Assembly: GCF_000354175.2 (NCBI RefSeq)
Contig: NC_022359.1
Span: 540,001 to 572,000, forward strand
DNA from: Vibrio alginolyticus NBRC 15630 = ATCC 17749
Lineage (GTDB): Bacteria > Pseudomonadota > Gammaproteobacteria > Enterobacterales > Vibrionaceae
Length of the DNA stretch: 32,000 nucleotides
Direction: 5' to 3'
Part shown: piece after piece, positions 7,953 through 17,214 of the stretch
Layout: each line of letters opens with the position of its first letter
Position numbering within the stretch: the first letter of the stretch is position 1
Program-made: the position numbers and the translations under genes
Notes under the pieces: generated by a model
Told to the model about the DNA's origin: nothing
Seen by the model: the letters and a program-made list of their open reading frames with translations, nothing else
Databases searched by the model: none

Positions 7953-10049
7953 ATGTTTACTAAGAGCCATTTGGCGTTAGTGATCGGTGCAGTGTTAGCA
8001 ACACCTGCAGTGGCGGAAGTTCAAACAGACGAACATGTAGTTGTAGAAGGTCGAGAGTTCGGCTACAAGGCAGATACAAACAGTACAGCAATGCGCATGG
8101 AAATGACGCAGCTGGAAACGCCGGGACAAGTAGCGGTTATCGATGAAGCGGTAATTGATGAGCAGCGTGCAAGTACACTTGGTGAAGTGCTACGTAACGA
8201 TGCAAGTGTTAGCGCGGGTGGTACAAGCCGTAACCGCGAACGTTTCTCTCTACGTGGTTTTGAACTTAGCAGTTCAGACGGTTTTCTTCGTGATGGTCGT
8301 CAACACTGGTCACACTACCGTCAGCCAATTGAGCTTTTAGAGCGTGTTGAAGTGCTTAAAGGTCCATCAGGTCTGCTATACGGTAAATCTGAGCCGGGTG
8401 GTTTGGTAAACATGGTTTCGAAAAAACCAACAACTCAAACACAAGCAAGTTTGAGTCAAGATCTAGGTTCGAATGATCACTCACGCACTGTGCTTGATGT
8501 GAGTGGCGCGCTAAATGATGCAGAGACACTGCGAGCGCGCGCAATTTTTGCCAAAGAAAGCTACGGCTCTTGGCGCAGGTACGGTGATGGCACTGAGCCT
8601 AAAACAGATCGTACGGTAGCTGGCCTAGTGGTTGAGTACGATATCACAGACAACTTTATGGTATCGGCTCATTACGATCGCACGAAAGACGACGGTAGCG
8701 TGGACTCTGGCGCATACATTGTTGATGGCAAAGCGGTTCGCGGTGATAAGTACATTTGGGATGCGCAGTGGTCTGAAATTGATAACGAAGTAGAAAACTA
8801 CGGTGTCGATATTAATGCGCAAGTCACGGATAACGTGAACGTAAAAGCAGGTTACAACCGTCAAGACTTTAAGCGTTTTGATGTGGAGTCTTACCCAGGT
8901 TTCGAAACTTATGACCAAGATACTAAGATCGACCATTCTGGTAACGAACGCAAAGATAATTGGGTGTTTGATACTGCATATATAGATGTGACGACGGACT
9001 TTTCTCTGTTTGGTACAGATAACACGTTTTTGGTAGGTGCGAACTATCTAGAGTATACCTATGACCGTTTCCAAAAGTATTACAACCCTATAAGTATAGA
9101 AGCCGGTCAGACAGTGCCTCGTCCTGGCTACTCTGGGAAAGTTAAACAGTCCACAAGCGAGCACGATACTTGGGGTATCTACGCGCAAAATATGATGACG
9201 ATTAATGATTACTGGCAAGTGCTTGCAGGTGTTCGTTATGACGAAAAGCGTGATGATGACCTGACCGAAAACCAGGTTTCTCCAAAATTTGGTGTAATTT
9301 TCCACCCAGCGACGAATGGCTCGGTTTACGTTCAGTACTCTGAAAGCTTTATGCCGCAAGGTGAAGTCAGCAGTGGTCGTGGCAAAAAGTATATCAATGA
9401 TGGTGAGAAGCTAGACGCAGAGCGTGGTATCTCTTACGAGATCGGAACTAAGTGGGAACTGTTTGATCAGCGCTTATTTGTATCTGGTGCAGTGTTTGAT
9501 ATCACGTTAGAGAACATCTCGCTGGATGTTGAAAGCGGCAAAGACGCGGGCGGCAATCTCCTACACAAGAAAACGCAAGGTGGTGAGCAAGTTCACAAAG
9601 GTGCTGAGTTAATGGCTCAAGGTTTTGTGACCCCAGAGTTGTCGCTAACCGCTTCTGCAATGTATTTGGATGCAGAGCTTAAGAAGGCAGAAAGATATGA
9701 AGGTAACCGCCCTGTAGACGTGCCAGAGTTCTCGGCAAGTCTATGGTCTAGCTACAAGGTTCAAGACAACACTAACTTAAACCTTGGTTTGATTTATGAA
9801 GGTGATCGCTACGGTGATGCAAAGAACACCTTCAAGAAAGATGGCTACGCTCGCGTTGATATGGGCGTGTCATACAAACATAAGTACGATGAAAACTTGG
9901 ATATCATTGCTCGATTCAATGTCGAGAATTTATTCGATACCGACTACTTCGCAGGTGGTGGTAGCACGAATGGCGAGCAAAAAGGTGCGAGTGGGGTTGT
10001 GGTTGGAGAAAGCCGCAACTACATGGCAACAATCCAGTTCAAGTACTGA
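7953..10049 (+). CDS. TonB-dependent siderophore outer-membrane receptor
   Basis: Signal peptide ending AVA|EVQ. Plug-domain motifs (ETPGQVAVID, RGF..., VEVLKGPSGLLYG). Long beta-barrel region ending in aromatic ...IQFKY. Fur-like operator upstream. The two-component system plus receptor plus TonB2 layout resembles my recollection of the peuRS-peuA enterobactin-receptor locus of V. parahaemolyticus; identity was not verified. Confidence 0.9.
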   Translation: MFTKSHLALVIGAVLATPAVAEVQTDEHVVVEGREFGYKADTNSTAMRMEMTQLETPGQVAVIDEAVIDEQRASTLGEVLRNDASVSAGGTSRNRERFSLRGFELSSSDGFLRDGRQHWSHYRQPIELLERVEVLKGPSGLLYGKSEPGGLVNMVSKKPTTQTQASLSQDLGSNDHSRTVLDVSGALNDAETLRARAIFAKESYGSWRRYGDGTEPKTDRTVAGLVVEYDITDNFMVSAHYDRTKDDGSVDSGAYIVDGKAVRGDKYIWDAQWSEIDNEVENYGVDINAQVTDNVNVKAGYNRQDFKRFDVESYPGFETYDQDTKIDHSGNERKDNWVFDTAYIDVTTDFSLFGTDNTFLVGANYLEYTYDRFQKYYNPISIEAGQTVPRPGYSGKVKQSTSEHDTWGIYAQNMMTINDYWQVLAGVRYDEKRDDDLTENQVSPKFGVIFHPATNGSVYVQYSESFMPQGEVSSGRGKKYINDGEKLDAERGISYEIGTKWELFDQRLFVSGAVFDITLENISLDVESGKDAGGNLLHKKTQGGEQVHKGAELMAQGFVTPELSLTASAMYLDAELKKAERYEGNRPVDVPEFSASLWSSYKVQDNTNLNLGLIYEGDRYGDAKNTFKKDGYARVDMGVSYKHKYDENLDIIARFNVENLFDTDYFAGGGSTNGEQKGASGVVVGESRNYMATIQFKY

Positions 10050-10065
10050 TAACAATTTGATTATT

Positions 10066-10100
10066 AAAGGGGAAGGGTAGTCTTCCCCTTTGGTCGTTTT
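10066..10100 (+). terminator. Intrinsic terminator or attenuator hairpin between the receptor and ttpB
   Basis: Perfect 10-bp stem aaaggggaag (10066-10075) / cttccccttt (10082-10091), loop ggtagt, then ggtcgttttt. Confidence 0.65.
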
Positions 10101-10123
10101 TGGAACACAGAAATATAACTCGT

Positions 10124-10891
10124 ATGAATCTAATGAAATCAAGTATCGCTCTGTTGATATCATCGGTTTTGATTCCCGCTCACGCGGCGAACTTAAACGA
10201 TGCACAAGCTGTGCAGAGTAAAACAAACCAGTCGTCGGCGGTAAGCCAAAAACGTATTGATGCAAGCGCAGAAAAATCACTTACTCTAGAAGCTGAAATT
10301 GAGCAGCTGCAAGAAGAAGTCGGTAACTTGAAGATTTATCGCGATCATCTTGCAAGCCTTGTTGAGAGCCAAAATCAAGAAGTTGATAGCTTGAACGAGC
10401 AAATTGAACAGATTGCTCAAACTCGTCAAGGTGTCGTGCCTTTAATGTATCACATGCTTGAGGGCTTAAAAGTGCTCGTCGCTAACGACAAGCCTATACG
10501 CAAAGCGCAACGTGAGGAGCGAATTGCAAAGCTGGATTCCATGGTGACGCGTGCAGACGTTGCGGATGCAGAGAAGTTTCGTCGTATTTTAGAAGCGTAC
10601 CAAATTGAAATGGATTACGGCACCAAGCTTGGCGTTTACCAAGGCAAGATTAACCTGGGTGACAATGAAGCTGTGGAGGCGGACATTCTCTATTTAGGCC
10701 GTTTGTCTTTGGTAGCGCGTAGCTTATCTGGTGACACATTTTGGAGCTGGTCACAGCAACAACAAGCATGGCAACAAGTGGGTTCTGAGCAAAAATCAGA
10801 GCTAGACAAAGCGTTCGCTATGGCGAATAAACAGATCGCGCCGAGTATGTTAACTCTGCCAGTGTCGTTAACCGCTGCGGAGGGCAAATAA
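10124..10891 (+). CDS. ttpB: TonB2-system periplasmic coiled-coil protein, TtpB-like (DUF3450)
   Basis: Signal peptide (..IPAHA|ANL). Q/E-rich heptad-like region. It is the first gene of the canonical Vibrio TonB2-type cluster. The ORF track start is TTG 10100; ATG 10124 or 10133 is more plausible. Confidence 0.75.
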   Translation: MNLMKSSIALLISSVLIPAHAANLNDAQAVQSKTNQSSAVSQKRIDASAEKSLTLEAEIEQLQEEVGNLKIYRDHLASLVESQNQEVDSLNEQIEQIAQTRQGVVPLMYHMLEGLKVLVANDKPIRKAQREERIAKLDSMVTRADVADAEKFRRILEAYQIEMDYGTKLGVYQGKINLGDNEAVEADILYLGRLSLVARSLSGDTFWSWSQQQQAWQQVGSEQKSELDKAFAMANKQIAPSMLTLPVSLTAAEGK

Positions 10892-12259
10892 ATGATGAAA
10901 AAATGGTTATCGGTTGCATTAATCTCGACAGCCGCATTAATGCCTTATACAACTTTTGCTAGTGATGCGTTGTTACAAAAGGCGCAGCAAGAAAATCGTC
11001 AACAGCAATCGCACAATGTCGCGCGTGAATCAGGTTTTAAGCAAACAGAGCAAGACCTACAGGCTATAAAGAATAAATTGGTGGCAGAGCGTGCTGCTCT
11101 TCAAGCAGAGGCGGACTCATTAAGTATTACCTTCGGTGAAAATGAAGCAGAACTGGCACAGCTAGAAGAAAAGTTGCGTCTAGAAACCGGGAGCCTAGGT
11201 GAGTTATTTGGCGTCGTTCGCCAGAACGCAAAAGAGCTAGAGTCTGAGCTAAAAAGCTCAGTAACCGGTGTAGATGCAAACTCATATCAGAAAGATATCG
11301 ATGCTATTGTTGCGGCTAAATCACTGCCAACGTTGACCCAACTTCAGGCGATGTGGCGCAGCATGGAAGAACAAATCAAAGCAAGCGGTGAAATGGCAAA
11401 CGTCTCTTTCACACTGCTAAATGGCGAGGGTCGTGAACAAACGGTTAGTGGTGTTCGTCTTGGTTCTATGGCGCTGCTGGATGACACTGGCTACGTTAAG
11501 TGGAATGGTCAACGCGGAGATGCGGTAAACTATCTTCGTCAGCCTGAAAGCGGTCCAACAGCGAATACTATTTCCTCTGGTGACATTGATGCGCTTGTCA
11601 TAGATCCGTCACGTGGCATTCTTCTTGAGCAGCTCGCAAACTCACCGACTTTGGCTGATCGCCTAAATGCGGGTGGCGTTGTCGGCAAAATCATCCTTGG
11701 TTTATTGGCTATCGGCCTATTGATTGCGCTCGTACGTGGTGCATCTTTGATGATTTCGCGCCAGAAAATCATGAAGCAACTGAAAACCCCAGCGCAGCCA
11801 GGAAACAACCCTTTGGGTCGCGTGCTTGCGGTATACCAGAAAGACAAGCATCGCAGCGTAGAAGCGTTAGAACTACGTCTTTTGGAAGCCGTTGTTGATG
11901 AGCAAACCCACCTAGAAAAAGGGTTGTCGATGCTTAAGCTTCTTGCTGCTCTAGCTCCTATGCTTGGCCTACTAGGCACGGTAACGGGTATGATCGAAAC
12001 CTTCCAAGTCATCACTCAATTTGGTAATGGTGATCCGAAAGTAATGGCGGGTGGCATTTCGATGGCACTTGTGACTACCGTACTTGGCCTTGTTTCAGCC
12101 ATGCCTTTGCTATTAGCGCACAACGTATTGAGCTCTCAAGCAGAAAATATTCGCAGTATCTTAGAAAAACAAGGCATCGGTTTAGTTGCAGAACAAGCTG
12201 AGCGTGATATGCCGAATAACAAAAGTCACTCTAACACCTTAGCGGAGAACGCAGCGTAA
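10892..12259 (+). CDS. ttpC: TtpC-like large MotA/TolQ/ExbB-family proton-channel protein of the TonB2 system
   Basis: 455 aa. N-terminal signal/periplasmic coiled-coil half, then a C-terminal ExbB-like channel core (APMLGLLGTVTGMIETF...MAGGISMALVTTVLGL). Its position directly upstream of exbB-exbD-tonB is typical for Vibrio TonB2. Confidence 0.85.
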   Translation: MMKKWLSVALISTAALMPYTTFASDALLQKAQQENRQQQSHNVARESGFKQTEQDLQAIKNKLVAERAALQAEADSLSITFGENEAELAQLEEKLRLETGSLGELFGVVRQNAKELESELKSSVTGVDANSYQKDIDAIVAAKSLPTLTQLQAMWRSMEEQIKASGEMANVSFTLLNGEGREQTVSGVRLGSMALLDDTGYVKWNGQRGDAVNYLRQPESGPTANTISSGDIDALVIDPSRGILLEQLANSPTLADRLNAGGVVGKIILGLLAIGLLIALVRGASLMISRQKIMKQLKTPAQPGNNPLGRVLAVYQKDKHRSVEALELRLLEAVVDEQTHLEKGLSMLKLLAALAPMLGLLGTVTGMIETFQVITQFGNGDPKVMAGGISMALVTTVLGLVSAMPLLLAHNVLSSQAENIRSILEKQGIGLVAEQAERDMPNNKSHSNTLAENAA

Positions 12260-12813
12260 TGGAGCAGATCCTACTCAGCACATTGGGTTTGATCAGTGAG
12301 GATTGGGCCACAACCTTGATGAGCTTTATGCAGCAAGGTGGTCAAATCCTATGGTGGCTGGCCGCCGTCGTGGCGGTGTGCTGGCTGTTGGTTATGGAGC
12401 GAGTTATTTATCTCACAACGGTTTTCCCTGGGGTAAAAAAACAGCTTTGTGAGCAGTGGCACGCAAGATCAGAGCACCACTCTTGGTACGCGCATCAAAT
12501 CCGTGAAGGATGGATTGCAAAAGCGCAAATCGAACTACGCCAAAACCTATCGACTATTAAGCTACTTGTGGCGGTTTGCCCAATGCTAGGGTTGTTAGGG
12601 ACGGTGACAGGCATGATTACGGTGTTTGACGTAATGGCATCGCAAGGCAGCAGCAATCCGAAATTGATGGCTTCTGGTATCTCACTTGCTACGCTGCCAA
12701 CCATGGCAGGTATGGTAGCAGCGCTTGCGGGCATGTTTATTCATGCTCGCCTTAGCAAAGTGTGTGAACGAAAAGCTATCCAGTTAGAACAATCTTTAAG
12801 GAGTCAAAAGTGA
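12259..12813 (+). CDS. exbB: ExbB (MotA/TolQ/ExbB proton channel), TonB2-type system
   Basis: CPMLGLLGTVTGMITVF and LMASGISLATLPTMAGMVAAL core motifs. Three predicted TM segments. TAATG overlap with ttpC. Confidence 0.9.
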   Translation: MEQILLSTLGLISEDWATTLMSFMQQGGQILWWLAAVVAVCWLLVMERVIYLTTVFPGVKKQLCEQWHARSEHHSWYAHQIREGWIAKAQIELRQNLSTIKLLVAVCPMLGLLGTVTGMITVFDVMASQGSSNPKLMASGISLATLPTMAGMVAALAGMFIHARLSKVCERKAIQLEQSLRSQK

Positions 12814-13214
12814 GACTCGGACGCAGACCTAACCAACAAGATGAAGCTCAAGTCGATTTAACCTCGATGCTTGATATCGTCTTCATCATGTTGATCTTCT
12901 TCATTGTGACCAGTTCGTTTGTACGTGAATCCGGTGTAGAAGTGAATCGCCCCCAGGCTTCTAATGTAGTAAGTCAAAAAGACGCGGGCATTTTTATCGC
13001 AGTAACGGCAGCGAATGATGTGTACATTGACAAACGAGTGGTTGATATTGAGCGTGTTGAGGCCTCTATTGAGCACCTGTTACTTGATCAACCTGATGCT
13101 TCGTTAGTTATCCAAGCTGACGAGCATGCTTACAATGGCACTGTCGTGAAAGTGATGGACGCTGCAAAGGCGGCGGGTGTGAAGAACATTGCATTGGCGG
13201 CGGAGAAACCTTAA
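12810..13214 (+). CDS. exbD: ExbD/TolR-family biopolymer transport protein
   Basis: 134 aa. N-terminal DLTSMLDIVFIMLIFFIV TM segment. AAGGAG lies 6 nt before GTG 12810. GTGA overlap with exbB. Confidence 0.9.
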   Translation: MRLGRRPNQQDEAQVDLTSMLDIVFIMLIFFIVTSSFVRESGVEVNRPQASNVVSQKDAGIFIAVTAANDVYIDKRVVDIERVEASIEHLLLDQPDASLVIQADEHAYNGTVVKVMDAAKAAGVKNIALAAEKP

Positions 13215-13834
13215 TGGGCAGGCTGTTACTTGCACTACCAGCATCACTGTTAATTTCTGTGAGCTTGTTTAGCTTTATGGCGTGGATGGTTGATAAAGGC
13301 AACCAGCGTGCACCAGAAGCTTCAGAAGCCGTTCGTTTTGATATGGTGATGGTAGAGAATGAAGCAGACGTGCAGCGTCGTCAACGTTCAGTGCCGGAGC
13401 AACCAGAACCACCTCAAGCGCCGGAGCCAATGGATCTGTCTCAATCTGACACTCAAATGGAACCAATGAGTCAGATGACGCCAGTCAGTGCTTTAGGTTT
13501 AAACACAGCCCTTGAAGGCATCGCGATTAGCGCCCCAAACTTGAAGGGAACAATGGGCAACCAGCAAGCACTGCCGTTGTATCGTGTTGATCCTCGCTAT
13601 CCAAGTAAGGCGCTGAAACGTAGAGTGGAAGGTTATGTCATTATGCGTTTCACGATCGATGCAACTGGACGACCAAAAGATATTGAAGTGATCGAGGCTG
13701 AGCCCGAGCGCATGTTTGAAAGAGAAGCAATCCGTGCGCTTAAAAAATGGAAGTATCAGCCAAAAGTTGAGGATGGTGTGTCAATTGAGCAGTTCGGACA
13801 AACCGCTAAAGTGGAGTTCAAGTTAGCCAAATGA
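13214..13834 (+). CDS. tonB: TonB energy transducer (TonB2-type)
   Basis: N-terminal TM anchor, Pro/Glu-rich spacer (PEQPEPPQAPEP), and a C-terminal TonB domain (YPSKALKRRVEGYVIMRFTIDATGRPKDIEVI...ALKKWKYQP). Confidence 0.9.
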   Translation: MGRLLLALPASLLISVSLFSFMAWMVDKGNQRAPEASEAVRFDMVMVENEADVQRRQRSVPEQPEPPQAPEPMDLSQSDTQMEPMSQMTPVSALGLNTALEGIAISAPNLKGTMGNQQALPLYRVDPRYPSKALKRRVEGYVIMRFTIDATGRPKDIEVIEAEPERMFEREAIRALKKWKYQPKVEDGVSIEQFGQTAKVEFKLAK

Positions 13835-15003
13835 TGAAAAAATTCTTAATCGGTACGGTATTAAGCCTGAGTGCACTCTCAACCATTGCCAGTGAGTTAA
13901 GCCAATACACCGCAGCGAGAGTTCAACGAGCATACAACTTGGCTCAAGAAGAGAAACTGAAAGAAGCGATTTCATCTCTTGAAGCTATGGAGCTTTCTCG
14001 TGGATATGACCAAGCTTATGTCGCTCGAATGTTGGGTATTTTTTACTGGCAGAATGAGCAAACTCAAGCGGCGATTAAGCAACTTGAGTTGGCAGTCAAT
14101 AGTGGTTTGCTACAAGATGAGCAATCATGGCAAACCCGAAAAATGTTGGCTGATATACTGCTGAACGAGCAACGTTTTTCTAAGGCGTTACCTCATTACT
14201 ATGCCTTGAGCAAAAACATTCCTAAAGGTCAAAAAGCGCATGAGCTATGGCTACGTATTTCCCAATCTCATTATCAACTGAGTCAGTGGCAAAAAGTGCT
14301 TTCAGCAATGGCTCGTTATGAGAAGTTTGGTCAGCCAGACAAGCTTGGCGCATTGTCGATAAAGCTTTCTGCTGAGCTAGAACTGAAAAAGTGGAAGCCG
14401 GCAATCTCGACCATCAAACGCTTAATCGTGATTGAACCTGAGCGAATTGAATGGTGGCGTCAGCTTGTTGCTCTATATCTACGGGTTGATGACAACAAAC
14501 GTGCCCTAGACTCTTTGGCGTTGGCAAAACTGAAAGGGTTACAACTTAGCCAAGATGACTTAAAGCTGCTGGCACAATTGTACGCGAAACGAGGTATTCC
14601 TGAGAGAGCTGCGTTGGTGATGAACGAGCTAGAGGATGTAAACTCGAATAGTAAGCTAAAAGCTCAGCAAGCAACGTATTGGCAAATGGCAAAAGAGTGG
14701 GAAGAATCTATTGATAGCTGGCGTATTGCAGCTCAGCTAGATAGGCAGTATTACTGGAACTATTCTCAACTGTTGGTGCAAGAAGGCCATTATAAAGATG
14801 CCATTGCCGCGCTCGATAATGTCAGAGGTCGTAAAGCGGATGTTGCACTTATCAAAACTCGCGCTTACTACAAACTTAAGCGGTTTGACGATGCGCTCGC
14901 TAACGCCAAAAGAGCGAATGAGATTAAGCCGTCTAATCAGGCAAAAAGTTGGGTTAAGTATCTATCTCAGCTACGCAAAGTAGAATCGACGCAGAACTCA
15001 TAG
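13831..15003 (+). CDS. ttpD: TtpD-like exported TPR-repeat protein, terminal gene of the TonB2 cluster
   Basis: Signal peptide, then repeated 34-aa TPR-like helical units throughout. ATGA overlap with tonB. Confidence 0.75.
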   Translation: MMKKFLIGTVLSLSALSTIASELSQYTAARVQRAYNLAQEEKLKEAISSLEAMELSRGYDQAYVARMLGIFYWQNEQTQAAIKQLELAVNSGLLQDEQSWQTRKMLADILLNEQRFSKALPHYYALSKNIPKGQKAHELWLRISQSHYQLSQWQKVLSAMARYEKFGQPDKLGALSIKLSAELELKKWKPAISTIKRLIVIEPERIEWWRQLVALYLRVDDNKRALDSLALAKLKGLQLSQDDLKLLAQLYAKRGIPERAALVMNELEDVNSNSKLKAQQATYWQMAKEWEESIDSWRIAAQLDRQYYWNYSQLLVQEGHYKDAIAALDNVRGRKADVALIKTRAYYKLKRFDDALANAKRANEIKPSNQAKSWVKYLSQLRKVESTQNS

Positions 15004-15019
15004 CGAACATTTTTATTAA

Positions 15020-15049
15020 ATACCCGAGCTCAGTCTCGGGTATTTTTTG
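15020..15049 (+). terminator. Rho-independent terminator of the TonB2 operon
   Basis: Stem atacccgag (15020-15028) / ctcgggtat (15035-15043), loop ctcagt, T6 run 15044-15049. Confidence 0.85.
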
Positions 15050-15060
15050 TTTAAAGTAAA

Positions 15061-15103
15061 CAATGTAAATTAAATGCCAATACGAATGATTATCACCTAA
15101 ATT
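15061..15103 (+). promoter_or_regulatory. Candidate Fur operator/promoter of the PepSY-DUF2271-DUF4198-ABC locus
   Basis: The 19-mer at 15076-15094 (gccaatacgaatgattatc) matches the Fur consensus at 13/19, with 9/10 in the AATCATTATC half. A -10-like taaatt sits at 15098-15103. The 43-nt block is about 80% identical, ungapped, to the block at 7834-7876. Confidence 0.6.
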
Positions 15104-15123
15104 ATGCCCCACATTTATTGGTG

Positions 15124-15765
15124 ATGATTGTTTCTATGTTGCTTAAAAGCAAAGGTGTTCAAACTTGGGCTCGCCGCCTACATATCTATATTTCGATGGC
15201 TCTTCTCTTAGTTACGCTGTTTTTTGCAGTAACTGGTATTACCCTCAATCGCCCCGAATTGTTTGAACGCAGTGAACCTATCATTCAACAACATACTCTG
15301 ACGGTTCCGCACTCAGTTCTATTCTCACATTCAGATACCTTTCAACCTAATCGTGAAGAACTGGTGGCTTTCTTGACTAAAGAAACCGAGCTTCGCGGCA
15401 CTCCTTCCGCACTAGATGTGTATACCGAAGTTGAGCAAGGTGAGTTGTTACTCGGAGAGCTTTCTATGGATTTTAAAGGCCCGGGTTATAACGCTACGGT
15501 CTTTATTGATATGACTACTGGTGCGGCTGATGTTGAAACGACGCACTACGGTATTGTTGCGCTGCTGAACGATCTACATAAAGGACGCAACAGTGGCGGG
15601 ATTTGGAAGTGGTTTATCGACGTCACTGCGCTTTTGATGGTGTTTTTTGTTCTTACAGGCGTGTGCTTGTTACTGCCTAAGAAGAAGACGCTCAGAACGT
15701 CAATGCAATGGATGAGCTTTGGTACGTTACTGTCGCTCGTAATTTATTTTGTTGCTGTTCCATAA
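15124..15765 (+). CDS. PepSY-associated TM-helix family inner-membrane protein (PiuB/VciB-like, candidate periplasmic ferric reductase)
   Basis: N-terminal WARRLHIYISMALLLVTLFFAVTGITLNRP and C-terminal LNDLHKGRNSGGIWKWFIDVTALLMVFFVLTG helices with conserved His, flanking a loop of about 110 aa. The start is ambiguous (TTG 15118, GTG 15121, ATG 15124 or ATG 15136). Confidence 0.75.
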   Translation: MIVSMLLKSKGVQTWARRLHIYISMALLLVTLFFAVTGITLNRPELFERSEPIIQQHTLTVPHSVLFSHSDTFQPNREELVAFLTKETELRGTPSALDVYTEVEQGELLLGELSMDFKGPGYNATVFIDMTTGAADVETTHYGIVALLNDLHKGRNSGGIWKWFIDVTALLMVFFVLTGVCLLLPKKKTLRTSMQWMSFGTLLSLVIYFVAVP

Positions 15766-15786
15766 CAGCTTTTTTAGAGAACACTT

Positions 15787-16326
15787 ATGTTGAACACAGG
15801 AAGGTTTTTCCGCCGTAATCACTTTTGTAAAGCCGCTTTGATCGCGGCTTTTACTCCTTTCTCTCTTTCCGCGGCGCCTCTACCAGATAACGCGAAGGTC
15901 GACTTCGAACTCGAACTTCCAAAGATAGATACCTCAATGTATGCACGCCCTTATGTGGCGGTTTGGGTTGAAAACGATCAGCGTAAACCGGTTAAAACCA
16001 TTCAGTTATGGGTAGGGAAAGACGAATGGTTAAAAGATCTACGCAGCTGGTGGAGAAAAGCGGGTCGTTATGATCGTGAACTTGTTGATGCGGTGACTTC
16101 TGCAACACGTCCTGCTGGTCAATACCGCTTTGTCTGGGATGGAACCAATGACGCAGGGGAGCGTTTGGAACAAGGAAATTACACGTTGTACGTCGAGGTC
16201 GTTCGTGAACACGGTGGGCGAAACTACTTACGTCAAAAAATAACGCTAGCGGACAGTGACGTGCGCTATGAGCTTAAACCAACACAAGAGACGGGTGTCA
16301 TCACCGTCAATTATCAAGTTAAGTGA
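15787..16326 (+). CDS. DUF2271 domain-containing exported protein
   Basis: Signal peptide, then family-typical YARPYVAVWVEN...LWVGKDEWLKDLRSWWRK...DAVTSATRPAG... Confidence 0.8.
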   Translation: MLNTGRFFRRNHFCKAALIAAFTPFSLSAAPLPDNAKVDFELELPKIDTSMYARPYVAVWVENDQRKPVKTIQLWVGKDEWLKDLRSWWRKAGRYDRELVDAVTSATRPAGQYRFVWDGTNDAGERLEQGNYTLYVEVVREHGGRNYLRQKITLADSDVRYELKPTQETGVITVNYQVK

Positions 16327-16341
16327 TTAAAGGACACAACA

Positions 16342-17172
16342 ATGAAAACCAAAATGAAAGCAGTGGCATTGGCGAGTGTAATGGCAATGGGATTGGCTGT
16401 AACCACCACCGCACAAGCACATCCACGTTGGGTTCTGCCCTCTCACTTTACGGTTTCTAAAGAAGGCGGTGACTGGCTGACATTTGATGTTACTGCCTCT
16501 CACGGAACGTTTGTTTTTGATAAGCCTGCGGGTAGTGATCAGGCATTTGTGGTGATGCCGGATGGCCGCTCTGAGCGTCCTAACTTTGTTGTTCGTGGCA
16601 AGCGTCGCTCTATGTTTGATTTCTTTTTTACAGAAGAAGGCACGCACAAAGTCGCGATTAATAATCAGCCGAGCTACTACACACAATACAAAGCGGGCCG
16701 TCGTGATACGGTGAAATGGGCGCGAGCAAACAAAGCTGAGCGTGGTGACGTGCTTCCTGAGCAAGCGCGTGATGTGGTTACTCAACTAAGTTACACCCGA
16801 GCAGAAAGCTACATTACGGTTGGTATGCCAACGGACAAAGCGTTGGAGATTGAAGGCAAAATGCTGGAGATGAAACCGATCACGCATCCATCGGACATCA
16901 TTGAAGGTGAGCCTGTGACTTTCCAGTTTTTCTTTAACGGAGAGCCACAAGAGGGCGTTACTGCTGAGATTACACGTGAAGGTACCATGTACCGAAACCA
17001 TCAAGAACAAATCGATGTGGTGAGCGATAAAGATGGCAAAGTGATCTTCACGCCAGAAGTCGCCGGGCGCTACTTAATGAAAGCGAACTACAAAGGTGAA
17101 TTAAAAGATAATCCATTGGCGGATAAAGCGAGTGCCAATGTTCATCTTACGTTTGAAACTCAACTTAACTAA
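16342..17172 (+). CDS. DUF4198 domain-containing periplasmic protein
   Basis: Signal peptide ..TTTAQA|HPRWVLPSHF. C-terminal transthyretin/Ig-like module (VTFQFFFNGEPQEGV...DKDGKVIFTPEVAGRYLMKA), typical of DUF4198. Confidence 0.8.
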   Translation: MKTKMKAVALASVMAMGLAVTTTAQAHPRWVLPSHFTVSKEGGDWLTFDVTASHGTFVFDKPAGSDQAFVVMPDGRSERPNFVVRGKRRSMFDFFFTEEGTHKVAINNQPSYYTQYKAGRRDTVKWARANKAERGDVLPEQARDVVTQLSYTRAESYITVGMPTDKALEIEGKMLEMKPITHPSDIIEGEPVTFQFFFNGEPQEGVTAEITREGTMYRNHQEQIDVVSDKDGKVIFTPEVAGRYLMKANYKGELKDNPLADKASANVHLTFETQLN

Positions 17173-17214
17173 TCGAATTAGGCTCAGCAATTGCTGGGCC
17201 ATTTTGGAATTATC

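Noticed and set aside
11539-12015. Long antisense ORFs inside ttpC (11539-12015), the kinase (7100-7450), the MFS gene (25511-25896), speB (27146-27442, 27719-27988) and speA (28797-29229)
   Set aside because: All are embedded opposite genes with strong family-level support. They have Ser/Arg/Pro-rich shadow-frame composition and no independent signals.
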